DNA of 49,628 nucleotides from a bacterium (GTDB taxonomy: Bacteria > Zhuqueibacterota > Zhuqueibacteria > Oceanimicrobiales > Oceanimicrobiaceae). The notes beneath the pieces were generated by a model. The model saw only the letters and a list, made by a program, of their open reading frames with translations, was not told where the DNA came from and did not search any database. Positions 9,375-17,680 of this stretch are shown in pieces. The position numbers were made by a program, and so were the translations under genes. The stretch lies in contig JBHHXT010000014.1 of assembly GCA_046757165.1 (NCBI GenBank), forward strand, positions 1 to 49,628, written 5' to 3'. The number at the start of each line of letters is the position of its first letter. Positions within the stretch are counted from its first letter, which is position 1.

Positions 9375-10121
9375 TTAGAAATTGACAATGACTGACTGCG
9401 AATCATGAACCACAGCCGTAAAGGTTTTCCTGGTTTCAAGGCACCTGACTCGTATCTTTTGGCCCGGATGGCCATCCTGGCGCGCAATGCCAGGCATGGT
9501 GATTTCAATCCCGCCCTTCTGGAAATGAATTTTGACCGGACTGCCGGCCGCCAGCACCGGCTGGCTCTCGATGAGAGTATTGGTCAGGATTTCGCCAGGT
9601 GACAAAATGCGTTTCGTTCTCATCCCCACCACGCCGCGAATATTGGTGTAGAGTCGTTCTTTGATTCTCGTTGTCTCCCTGCGGCTGATAGCGAGGTGAG
9701 CCGGCTTCAGAACCGTATGGCGGCCTAACCGTTCTTTGTTGACAATCACATGCTGAAAGGTGCGCACCCTTATCTGGAGGCTAACCGAAGTCTGCAATTG
9801 CTCCTGGCAAAATACGCCACACTTTACCAGTTGGCGCCCCTTCCCTATTTTTCTGGCGGATGGCAGCACGCGAACCTGGTCCCAGAGAATCCCTTCCAGC
9901 GCCTCGGGTTTGGTTTCGGAAAACTCGATGAGCAGCTCAGACTCGGATAATGCCAGGTTTTGGAGAAAATAAGCTTTGACTTGTGCGTGAATCTCTCTTT
10001 CCAGTTCACCCGAGCCTGGCATCGCCGGCGCGCTCCACAAAGCGGTCGTGGCCCACAGCCATAATACTGCAAAGCCAGGGGGTAATCCAGGAATCCTATG
10101 ATTGCGCTGCCCCAAAGTCAC
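9375..10121 (-). CDS. flgA: P-ring assembly chaperone FlgA
   Basis: Signal-like N-terminus and C-terminal G.ARQDG..GQ.IRV motif. Lies between flgG and flgH. Confidence 0.88.
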   Translation of the reverse strand: MTLGQRNHRIPGLPPGFAVLWLWATTALWSAPAMPGSGELEREIHAQVKAYFLQNLALSESELLIEFSETKPEALEGILWDQVRVLPSARKIGKGRQLVKCGVFCQEQLQTSVSLQIRVRTFQHVIVNKERLGRHTVLKPAHLAISRRETTRIKERLYTNIRGVVGMRTKRILSPGEILTNTLIESQPVLAAGSPVKIHFQKGGIEITMPGIARQDGHPGQKIRVRCLETRKTFTAVVHDSQSVIVNF

Positions 10122-10909
10122 TATCTCTTCAAGCTGTTCGCGATTTCCATCATCTGCTCAGCAGTCCGAATGGCCCGGCTGTTGACCTCAAATGCCCGCT
10201 GTGCGACGATCAACTCCACCATTTCGTTGACGACATTAACGTTGGATTTTTCCAGGTAGCCTTGCAAGACGCGACCAAAGCCATCGGCGCCCGGATTGCC
10301 CTGAATCGCATCCCCTGAAGCCGAGGTGGCTTCAAACAGATTTCCTCCGATGTTCTTCAAGCCGCCAGGATTAACGAACTTGGCTAACTCGATTTGGCCC
10401 ACTTCCTGTGGCTGGGTCTCACCTTGCAGGATGACCGACACGGTACCCTCCGCCCCTATCGTGATCAAGAGAGCATCTTCAGGGATGTTGATCGCAGGTT
10501 CTACTACCAGGCCGGCGCCGTTCACCAGCTCTCCAGTGGATGAAAGCCCAAAGTTGCCATCGCGTGTATACGCTGCGGTTCCGTCCGGCCTTTGTACCTG
10601 GAAAAAACCAATGCCGTCCAAAGCCAGGTCCAGGGCGTTTTCCGTCGCCACGGCGTCTCCTTGTGAGAAGTTCTTGACATTGGCCACTGCGCGATTACCG
10701 TGGCCGATTTGCAGCTCGGTTGGCAATTGTGTGTTTTGTTGGTCTGTGACGCCAGCCGGACGAATGGTTTGATAGAATAAATCCTGAAATTCAATGGCAC
10801 TCTTTTTGAAACCGGTCGTGTTCGTGTTCGCCAGGTTGTTGGCGATGTTGTCCACTCTCAGGCTCTGGGCGAGCATACCTAATGAAGCTGTGCGTAGCGC
10901 TCTTAGCAT
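10121..10909 (-). CDS. flgG: Distal rod protein FlgG
   Basis: ANNLANTNTTGFKK, FQDLFYQ, YTRDGNF and LEKSNVNVVNEMV..I.AQRAFE.N. Confidence 0.97.
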   Translation of the reverse strand: MLRALRTASLGMLAQSLRVDNIANNLANTNTTGFKKSAIEFQDLFYQTIRPAGVTDQQNTQLPTELQIGHGNRAVANVKNFSQGDAVATENALDLALDGIGFFQVQRPDGTAAYTRDGNFGLSSTGELVNGAGLVVEPAINIPEDALLITIGAEGTVSVILQGETQPQEVGQIELAKFVNPGGLKNIGGNLFEATSASGDAIQGNPGADGFGRVLQGYLEKSNVNVVNEMVELIVAQRAFEVNSRAIRTAEQMMEIANSLKR

Positions 10910-10933
10910 TTGAGGTCTCCGAAGTTTCTGCTG

Positions 10934-11683
10934 TTAGCTCACTCTGCCGATATCGTTGACCGCCAGGCGTAACAAGCGGTCCTGGTCTCGGATCATTCTC
11001 TGTCCCGTCTCATAAAAGTGAAAAACCTCCATCATCAACACCATTTCTCGCACCGGCTTCACATTGGATTGCTCCAGAAATCCCTGCCTGACGGAGACGT
11101 TCTCAGGCGGGTTGAGCGTCCCGGCGCCGTCAGCCAATTTCAGCAAATTCGAGCCAATTTTGATGAGATCCTGCGGCGCATCCGTCGTGACAATTTGCAA
11201 CCGGCCGACCACGGCACCGTCGACCAGAATTTCGCCCCGGTTGTTGACGACAATCTGTGATGGCGTGTTTTTCTGCAAGTCAATTTCGATGCGGCCGCCG
11301 TCTCCCAGTACAGGATAGCCGTCGATATTCACCAGGACGCCGTCCTGACTGATCGTGAACCGTCCGTCTCGCGTCAGCGCTTCTCCTGCCGGCGATTCAA
11401 CGGTGAAGAATCCGGCGCCGGAAATCGCGATGTCCAGCGGCTGTCCCGTGCCCACCAGAGAGCCCTGGGTCAAATCCACGCTGGTTCCGGATACCGGGAT
11501 ATGGGTCTTTGATTCAAACTTGCTGAACTGCGCTTCCTTGATTTTCTTATCCAGCTCGTTCATAAACAATTCATCGCGCTTGAACCCCGTGGTGTTGATG
11601 TTTGCCAGGTTGTTGGAGATAACCTCCATCTGCCGCATGCGCGTGACCATCGCGTGTTCGGTGATTTTGAAACGGTCTATCAT
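10934..11683 (-). CDS. flgF: Proximal rod protein FlgF
   Basis: SNNLANINTTGFK, TRDGRF and QGFLEQSNV..V.EMV. Upstream of flgG. Confidence 0.9.
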   Translation of the reverse strand: MIDRFKITEHAMVTRMRQMEVISNNLANINTTGFKRDELFMNELDKKIKEAQFSKFESKTHIPVSGTSVDLTQGSLVGTGQPLDIAISGAGFFTVESPAGEALTRDGRFTISQDGVLVNIDGYPVLGDGGRIEIDLQKNTPSQIVVNNRGEILVDGAVVGRLQIVTTDAPQDLIKIGSNLLKLADGAGTLNPPENVSVRQGFLEQSNVKPVREMVLMMEVFHFYETGQRMIRDQDRLLRLAVNDIGRVS

Positions 11684-11742
11684 TTGCCTTTGCCTTTGCC
11701 TTTCGGATGGTTCGAATCGGATCCCGGTTGCGTTCGCTTTCA

Positions 11743-11758
11743 GGCAACATGCATGCCA
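11743..11758 (-). promoter_or_regulatory. Sigma54 -24/-12 promoter for the flgF operon
   Basis: Minus strand TGGCAT-GCATG-TTGCC matches TGGCAC-N5-TTGC with correct GG/GC spacing, 60 bp above flgF. Confidence 0.8.
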
Positions 11759-11759
11759 C

Positions 11760-11786
11760 TCATCGGCAACAGAAGCAGCTCTTTAA
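11760..11786 (-). promoter_or_regulatory. Sigma28-like promoter abutting the sigma54 promoter
   Basis: Minus strand TTAA-N15-GCCGATGA (or TAAA-N14) against consensus TAAA-N15-GCCGATAA. Confidence 0.45.
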
Positions 11787-11787
11787 T

Positions 11788-11800
11788 TAACAAGTCGTTA
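11788..11800 (+). promoter_or_regulatory. IHF-like site
   Basis: TAACAAGTCGTTA has one mismatch to WATCAANNNNTTR and lies between the putative enhancer and the sigma54 promoter. Confidence 0.45.
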
Positions 11801-11837
11801 GTGTGACTACTCAGAACGGGGAGATGAGAAGATTTCA

Positions 11838-11883
11838 GGGAGTTTTTACGACTCGAGCCGGGGACGCGGGAAGTTTTTACTAC
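11838..11883. promoter_or_regulatory. Candidate enhancer (bEBP sites)
   Basis: Direct repeat GGGAGTTTTTACGAC (11838-11852) and GGGAAGTTTTTACTAC (11868-11883), cores 31 bp apart, 80-125 bp above the -24 element. Confidence 0.55.
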
Positions 11884-13031
11884 TGGCTCAAATATAGCCG
11901 TTTGATATTCTTCATAAACGCGACGCCATCCCGGCCTATGAGTTGTTTTCTGGCCTCCTCCTCAGAGATCTCTCCTTGTCCGGTGGCCAAATTGAGATCG
12001 TGTGCAATCTCTTTGAACGCTGGCGGAAGCGAAACCGATGTGTCGGTGTCGGAGGTTTTGATGATTGCCGACAGGGAGCCAATGAGCGCATCGAGTTTGG
12101 CCGTTTTTCCCATCGGGCGGGCATCCCCTCGCTCTTTGGTGTGAGCTGCAGCCTGGGATTGGTTTTCCACCGCTGATTTCAGGAAGTCGAGAAACTCCGG
12201 CGATGGCATCTCAGGGCGATCTGAGGTGTTGTGTCTTTGCGTTCGTTTCCTGATGTTTGTGCGCTGCAGTTTCTTTGTGCGCCGACGTCGTATGGTCAAA
12301 ATCAGGACTGCTGTGTTTATGAGCAGGAATGCGCCTGCCAGGAGCCAGAAGATGGTGACCCTGGATAACCTGTTTTGCTGCCTGGCTTGGGTCTCCGGCT
12401 CGGACGGGGGGTGTGTTTCAGCAGACACCGCCTGCTTAGAAGAGTCTGGCCCGGCCCTCTGGTCAGGGCGTTTTGTGCCGGGCTGTTTCTGCATCCGGGC
12501 AAGTGGCAGCGAGCGGGCGTCGACCAATTTGGGTGTGCTTGAATCCGGACTTGCCGGTGCTGGCCCGGCCGTGGAGACGAGCCCGGGCTGCTTCTGGTCA
12601 AGCACCGTTTTCTTGCCTGGCGTGGAATGTTCCGGCCGGGCAGAATAGATATCGACAACTATTCGGTACGGCGCGAACAGCAGGCGGTGCTCGAGTCTGA
12701 CCTGGCTCTGTTTCAGCTCAACCGCGACGGTCAGCCCGCGGGATGTACGCCAGAAACGAATGTGGCGGAGCAAGGGGTCGCGTGGGCCGATCTTTACGGG
12801 CCCGAAATTGCCCACACGAACAATGGACCTGGCCGCAATGGTCAACGTCGAATCCATCTTGTCCAGAGAGACGGCGTAGGGCGTCGACGCGCTCGTTTCG
12901 ATGACCACGCGGGAATAGGTTTGGTGAAAACCGGTGCGGATGTCTCGTAACTCGGTGGCGAAAGCAGGGTTGAGGGAGATGAAGAGCAAGACGACAGCAG
13001 TGCAAACCGTGTTCCTGGAAACGATACTCAT
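11880..13031 (-). CDS. Signal peptide, AMIN-like domain, Pro-rich linker, single TM and cytoplasmic tail; function unknown
   Basis: Cleavage-like PAFA, then IRTGFH..YSRVVIE...PYRIVVDI (AMIN-like). TM segment VTIFWLLAGAFLLINTAVLILTI is followed by RRRR. Confidence 0.75.
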   Translation of the reverse strand: MSIVSRNTVCTAVVLLFISLNPAFATELRDIRTGFHQTYSRVVIETSASTPYAVSLDKMDSTLTIAARSIVRVGNFGPVKIGPRDPLLRHIRFWRTSRGLTVAVELKQSQVRLEHRLLFAPYRIVVDIYSARPEHSTPGKKTVLDQKQPGLVSTAGPAPASPDSSTPKLVDARSLPLARMQKQPGTKRPDQRAGPDSSKQAVSAETHPPSEPETQARQQNRLSRVTIFWLLAGAFLLINTAVLILTIRRRRTKKLQRTNIRKRTQRHNTSDRPEMPSPEFLDFLKSAVENQSQAAAHTKERGDARPMGKTAKLDALIGSLSAIIKTSDTDTSVSLPPAFKEIAHDLNLATGQGEISEEEARKQLIGRDGVAFMKNIKRLYLSQ

Positions 13032-13079
13032 TATGAGACCATCGATTGTCTGGTGATGCGCATGTGGCCGGCCGAATTT

Positions 13080-13343
13080 CTACGCGGTCACGTCGACAAA
13101 CGTCCCTTTTTCTTCATTTACAACCGTTTCCTTTTGAAGCCGCGTTTTGACAAGCCGTCCCGTCTCTTTGCCCGGTGGTGCCGAGATGAGGACCTGGTCA
13201 TCGCCGACCAGGAGCCTGCGCTTTTCGTCTTTTTTCTTTTTCTTGTTTTTTGGTTGTTGTCCCTGATTGGGGATTTTCCTTTCACCGACCCCTTCAATTC
13301 TCCCTGCGTTCGGGACACCTAATGTACCACCATACTCCGTCAT
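13080..13343 (-). CDS. Small basic hypothetical protein downstream of fliA
   Basis: GAGGTG RBS before the ATG at 13343, fills the operon gap, contains DQVLIS and ends GTFVDVTA. Confidence 0.7.
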   Translation of the reverse strand: MTEYGGTLGVPNAGRIEGVGERKIPNQGQQPKNKKKKKDEKRRLLVGDDQVLISAPPGKETGRLVKTRLQKETVVNEEKGTFVDVTA

Positions 13344-13359
13344 GGCGCTCACCTCGCTT

Positions 13360-14124
13360 TTAGACGTTCGACATGTGCACCTTCATGGTTTTCAGATCGT
13401 TGCGAATACTCAGAATGGCTTTGCCAAGCAAACGGCTAATCCTGGACTCTGACAGGTTCAAGACTTTGCCGATTTCCAGGAGCGTCATTTCATCGTGGTA
13501 ATACATCAAGACGATGAGCCGCTGCCTCTCCGGCAGTTTGAAGATCGCTTCTTTGACCAGGTTCAAGATATTTTTTCTGCTGAGCTGCTCAAAGGGACCT
13601 GAACTGTTGCGGTCTGCGATAATATCGCTGAGACGGAGTTCTTCTCCGTCCAGGTTTTGAGTTTGGTCAAGGGAGATGGTGAAGTTGAGCTGAGCCACTT
13701 CCAGCAAGCGGTGACATTCTCGCAGATCCATGCCGAGCTCATTTGCCACTTCAAAGGCTGATGGCTCACGGCCGAACCTGAAAGAGAGGTCCGCTATAGT
13801 TTGTTCGATTTTCCGTAACTTGGCCCGGTCGCCGCGACTAATAAAATCAATTTTGCGCAAGTAGTCCAGGATGCTGCCCCTGACGCGCCAGGTGGCGTAG
13901 GTTTTGAATGCTGTATTGCGGGAGACATCATAGTCATCCAGGGCGCGCAGCAGCCCCATGATGCCCGCGCTGTGGATGTCTTCGAGCTCTGTCTTGTTGC
14001 GGACCGAGAGGTTTAATCGCGCGATGACATATTTCACGACCGGAAGGTACCGAACGATAACCTGCTCCCGTAGCGTCGGATTCTGAGACTTGACGAATTC
14101 TCTTACGAGATCCTCACTGTTCAC
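13360..14124 (-). CDS. fliA: FliA/WhiG-family sigma28 factor
   Basis: Y.P.VKYV, D....G..GL, F.TYA..RVRG.ILDYLR.ID, LPERQR and TL.EIG.VL.LSESRISR. The GTG start at 14124 has a GGAG RBS, and the ORF-track extension to 14214 overlaps the upstream gene. Confidence 0.93.
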   Translation of the reverse strand: MNSEDLVREFVKSQNPTLREQVIVRYLPVVKYVIARLNLSVRNKTELEDIHSAGIMGLLRALDDYDVSRNTAFKTYATWRVRGSILDYLRKIDFISRGDRAKLRKIEQTIADLSFRFGREPSAFEVANELGMDLRECHRLLEVAQLNFTISLDQTQNLDGEELRLSDIIADRNSSGPFEQLSRKNILNLVKEAIFKLPERQRLIVLMYYHDEMTLLEIGKVLNLSESRISRLLGKAILSIRNDLKTMKVHMSNV

Positions 14125-14392
14125 TTGCAACTCCCATGATCTCAGCCTCAGCAGCTTTTTCGATACCTGTTTCCTTGCTGGTATCCACCTCTTTGGACGT
14201 TTCTTCGTCAGCATCGGAACCGAGGAGCAACCGCAGGGTAATGAAAAAGGCGATCAAGATAAAATAAAAGCCGACAAAAACAGTGGCGGCCCTGGATGCG
14301 CTTTCGATTACCGAGACGTTGGTCAAAATACAGTAAACAAAGGTGATGAAGGTGGCAAACAGACTGACCTTTAGAATAAGTTTCGTTAACAT
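14114..14392 (-). CDS. Small two-TM membrane protein with acidic tail (positional FlgV-like candidate)
   Basis: Two hydrophobic helices and an E/D-rich tail. The start overlaps the flhF stop (TAATG) and the 3' end overlaps the fliA start. Confidence 0.75.
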   Translation of the reverse strand: MLTKLILKVSLFATFITFVYCILTNVSVIESASRAATVFVGFYFILIAFFITLRLLLGSDADEETSKEVDTSKETGIEKAAEAEIMGVASEQ

Positions 14393-15594
14393 TAATCGAT
14401 GATTAAGCGTGCGATTTCATTCTTGTCTGCTAATAGTATATCGTCCGGAACTTTTTGACCATTAGTCAAAAAGGAAATGGGCAGTTTGATTTTTTCCCCG
14501 ATGTTGTAGATATTACCCAGGCGGGTGGTTTCATCAATCTTGGAGATGATGAGATGGTTGACGGGTAGGGCGGAGAAATTTTCGTATGCATCCATCAAGA
14601 TATCTGAACGCACGGAACTGGCTAACACCAGATGGACTTCGTCCGGCACGGCGATGGCAAAGAAGTCCTTCAAATCCTGCAGGTGTTGCTCGTTGAGAGG
14701 GCTTCGGCCAGCCGTGTCGATAAGAATCACTTGAACCTCTTGAAGTTTTTCCAGCGCCGCCGTGAAATCTGGCGGTTCGTAGGCAATCTCGAGCGGAATC
14801 TTTGCCAGGGCGGCAAACGTCTTCAATTGTGCGGCTGCCGCGACGCGGTAGGTGTCAATGGTAATGAGACCGACCCGTTTGCGGCCATAGAATTCCGGGT
14901 GGGTCGCCAGCTTGATAATGGTGGTGGTCTTTCCCATGCCAGTCGGGCCGACCATGGAGATGAGTTTTGGTTTCCCGACCGGCACCTCGAGCTTGTCGGC
15001 GATGTGCAAGTGCCCGATTATCTCCGACTTCAGCGCCTGTTTGATTTTGGGTTCATCTTTGATGTCGGTGCCCTCGAGCTTCAGGAAGATGTTCTGTATG
15101 AGCTCCTCAGCCAGGTCCGATTCCATGCCCTTTTCTTTTTCCAGAAAGCGCCGCGTGTCTGGCAGCAGTGTCTTGTTGGAGCGGCGAATATCCTCTCGCA
15201 GATCGTCCAGGGTCGCGCTCAAACTTTTGATTTCTTTCTTGATTTCCTCCTGCTTGCCCTGCTGTTTTTCGACGATCGCGATGACTTCTTCTTGTTTCTC
15301 AACCAGGGCAGCAACATCTTCCTCGCCCGGGGTGGTTACCACTTTCGCGGCCGGCGTGGCCCGGGGCTTGACATCGGCCGGCGAATAGAAAGGTTTGGGC
15401 TGGCTCAACCGCTTGCGTTGGGGGAGGGCCCTGTCGGCCGTGACCGTGATCTCGACCAATTCGTCATCGTCGGTGTTGACCAACCCGGGCGCTTTGACCT
15501 TTCTGCTGCTCAAGACGACAGCGTCGTCGCCGAAGAAATCCTTGGCCAGCTTCATGGCCTCCTTCATGGTCGGGGCTTTGAATTTTCTAATCAT
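14392..15594 (-). CDS. flhF: SRP-type GTPase FlhF
   Basis: MIRKFKA.TMKEAM...FGDDAVVLS, GPTGMGKTTT, DTYR, DTAGRS, KIDET and GQ.VPDD. Start set at the ATG at 15594. Confidence 0.95.
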   Translation of the reverse strand: MIRKFKAPTMKEAMKLAKDFFGDDAVVLSSRKVKAPGLVNTDDDELVEITVTADRALPQRKRLSQPKPFYSPADVKPRATPAAKVVTTPGEEDVAALVEKQEEVIAIVEKQQGKQEEIKKEIKSLSATLDDLREDIRRSNKTLLPDTRRFLEKEKGMESDLAEELIQNIFLKLEGTDIKDEPKIKQALKSEIIGHLHIADKLEVPVGKPKLISMVGPTGMGKTTTIIKLATHPEFYGRKRVGLITIDTYRVAAAAQLKTFAALAKIPLEIAYEPPDFTAALEKLQEVQVILIDTAGRSPLNEQHLQDLKDFFAIAVPDEVHLVLASSVRSDILMDAYENFSALPVNHLIISKIDETTRLGNIYNIGEKIKLPISFLTNGQKVPDDILLADKNEIARLIID

Positions 15595-17677
15595 AGCTTG
15601 CCAGTCCGATGCTCCCGAGGGTATTAATGGCAATGCTTGGCAACAGTTCCGAAATTGACAAAACCGTTAACTCCGGTAGAACCGGTTCAAAAAACGCTTT
15701 GATATACCGGCGAATGGCGGGGCCTGTTATCAGAATGGCTTTTCCGCCGGTAGAGAGCAGCTCCTGTATTTTGCCGGATGTCTGTTTGTAAATTTCATCC
15801 ATTGCCGTTGGCGCCAGGTTCAGGTTTTGACTCGGTCGCTTGCCACCGCTGAGCTGTTCCAAGACATATTCTTCGAATCGTGCATCCAGAGTAATCGCTG
15901 TAATCTCACCCTGGTCATTGACGTTCAAGTTGCTGATGGTTTCCGTGAGCGCCATCCGAACATATTCGCTCAGCAGGTCAGGGTCCTTCGTGAGGGTCCC
16001 CCGGTCCGCCACCGTCTCCAGAATTGTTGGCAGATCCTTGACCGGAATGCTTTCTTTGAGCAGATTGCGCAGGACATTTTGAATGGCGCCCACGGTGAGC
16101 AGGTTGGGGATCACCTCATCCACGACCGCCGAATGCTCTCCCTTGAGATTGTCGATCAGGTTTTGCACGGACTGGCGGTCGAGGATCTTGTAGGCGTTCT
16201 TTTTCAGCGTCTCCATCAAGTGGGTGGAAACGACGGCGGAAGCATCCACCACGGCGTAGCCCCTCAACTCCGCTTTCTCCTTTTGCGCTTTGTTCAGCCA
16301 GTAGGCGGGCAGGTTGTAGGTTGGGTCCACGGTTTTGATGCCTTCGAGTTCGTCTTCTTCGTCTTCTGGAGTCAGAGCGAGATAGTAATCGACCATGACT
16401 TCGCCGCGGGCCGCCGCATTCCCTTTGATCTTGATGACATATTCATTCGAATTGAGCTGCACGTTGTCTCGAATGCGGATAGGCGGCACGACGATACCAA
16501 GCTCCTGGGCAATTTGTTTGCGGATCATGGTGATGCTTTCCAGCAAGTCGCCGCCCTGGTTGACATCGATGAGTGGGATGATGCTGTAGCCGATCTCGAT
16601 CTCCAGCGGGTCGATGTGCAGATAGTATTCGATTTCATCCTTTTCGTCCTGCTCGGTCGGCGCTTCTTTTTCCACAACGTCTTCCTTTTTGTCGAACATT
16701 TTGTTCTGCGCCAGATAGCCGATGCCCAAATTGGTCACGCCGAGCAAGATGAACGGCAAGGTGGGAAGCCCTGGCACCATGCCAAGGATCACAAGCACGC
16801 CACCAGAAATGAAGCTGGCCCGCGGTTTGTTCAAAAATTGCTGCGTGATGGATTTGTCCAGAGTATCTTCCGAGGCCGCCCGCGTGACGATGATGCCGGC
16901 GGAGGTGGAGATCAGCAGCGCTGGAATTTGTGACACCAGGCCGTCACCGACCGTCAAGATGGTATAGGTTTCGAGCGCCTCCTGCAAGCTCATTTCGAGC
17001 TGAACGGCGCCGATGATCAAGCCGCCGATGATGTTGATGACCGTAATCAAGACCCCTGCGACCGCATCCCCGCGCACGAATTTGCTCGCGCCGTCCATTG
17101 CACCGTAGAAGTCTGCTTCTCTGCGGATGTCGGATCTGCGCTGGCGCGCCTCGGCCTCATTGATCAGGCCGGCATTCAGGTCGGCGTCGATCGCCATTTG
17201 CTTGCCAGGCATGGCATCGAGGGTGAACCGGGCGGCTACTTCCGCCACTCTGCCTGCGCCCTTCGTGATGACCACAAAATTGATGATGATCAGGATGACG
17301 AAAACTACCAGGCCGACGACGTAATTTCCTTTTACGACAAAGTTCCCGAACGCCTCGATGACATCGCCGGCGTGGGCCTGGCCGAGGATCAGCCGCGTGG
17401 AGGCGACGTTCAGGGACAGGCGAAAGAGCGTGACAAGCAACAAAACACCCGGAAAGACGGAAAACTCCAACGGCTTTTCGACATAGAGCGGCACGAGTAG
17501 AATCATGAGCGAGCAGGTAATATTGATGGCCAGCAGGATGTCGAGAAAAAAACTGGGCAGCGGGATAATCATAAACATGAGAATCGACACCACACCAACC
17601 GCCAGCAGAATGTCCGTACGCTGCTGAACAAAATGGAAGATGGACTGGCCGTCAAATGTGTTTCGTGACCCTGCCAC
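15587..17677 (-). CDS. flhA: Export gate protein FlhA
   Basis: FRLSLNVASTRLIL, RVAEVAARFTLDAMPGKQMAIDADL and FYGAMDGASKFVRGDA. Confidence 0.98.
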   Translation of the reverse strand: MAGSRNTFDGQSIFHFVQQRTDILLAVGVVSILMFMIIPLPSFFLDILLAINITCSLMILLVPLYVEKPLEFSVFPGVLLLVTLFRLSLNVASTRLILGQAHAGDVIEAFGNFVVKGNYVVGLVVFVILIIINFVVITKGAGRVAEVAARFTLDAMPGKQMAIDADLNAGLINEAEARQRRSDIRREADFYGAMDGASKFVRGDAVAGVLITVINIIGGLIIGAVQLEMSLQEALETYTILTVGDGLVSQIPALLISTSAGIIVTRAASEDTLDKSITQQFLNKPRASFISGGVLVILGMVPGLPTLPFILLGVTNLGIGYLAQNKMFDKKEDVVEKEAPTEQDEKDEIEYYLHIDPLEIEIGYSIIPLIDVNQGGDLLESITMIRKQIAQELGIVVPPIRIRDNVQLNSNEYVIKIKGNAAARGEVMVDYYLALTPEDEEDELEGIKTVDPTYNLPAYWLNKAQKEKAELRGYAVVDASAVVSTHLMETLKKNAYKILDRQSVQNLIDNLKGEHSAVVDEVIPNLLTVGAIQNVLRNLLKESIPVKDLPTILETVADRGTLTKDPDLLSEYVRMALTETISNLNVNDQGEITAITLDARFEEYVLEQLSGGKRPSQNLNLAPTAMDEIYKQTSGKIQELLSTGGKAILITGPAIRRYIKAFFEPVLPELTVLSISELLPSIAINTLGSIGLASYD

Positions 17678-17680
17678 GCT

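Noticed and set aside
13080..13343. Calling this ORF flgM
   Set aside because: It has DxVxIS but lacks the C-terminal KV..IK..I..G.Y sigma-binding motif.
14125..14214. N-terminal extension of FliA
   Set aside because: It overlaps the 2-TM gene. The GTG at 14124 has a GGAG RBS and matches the expected FliA length.
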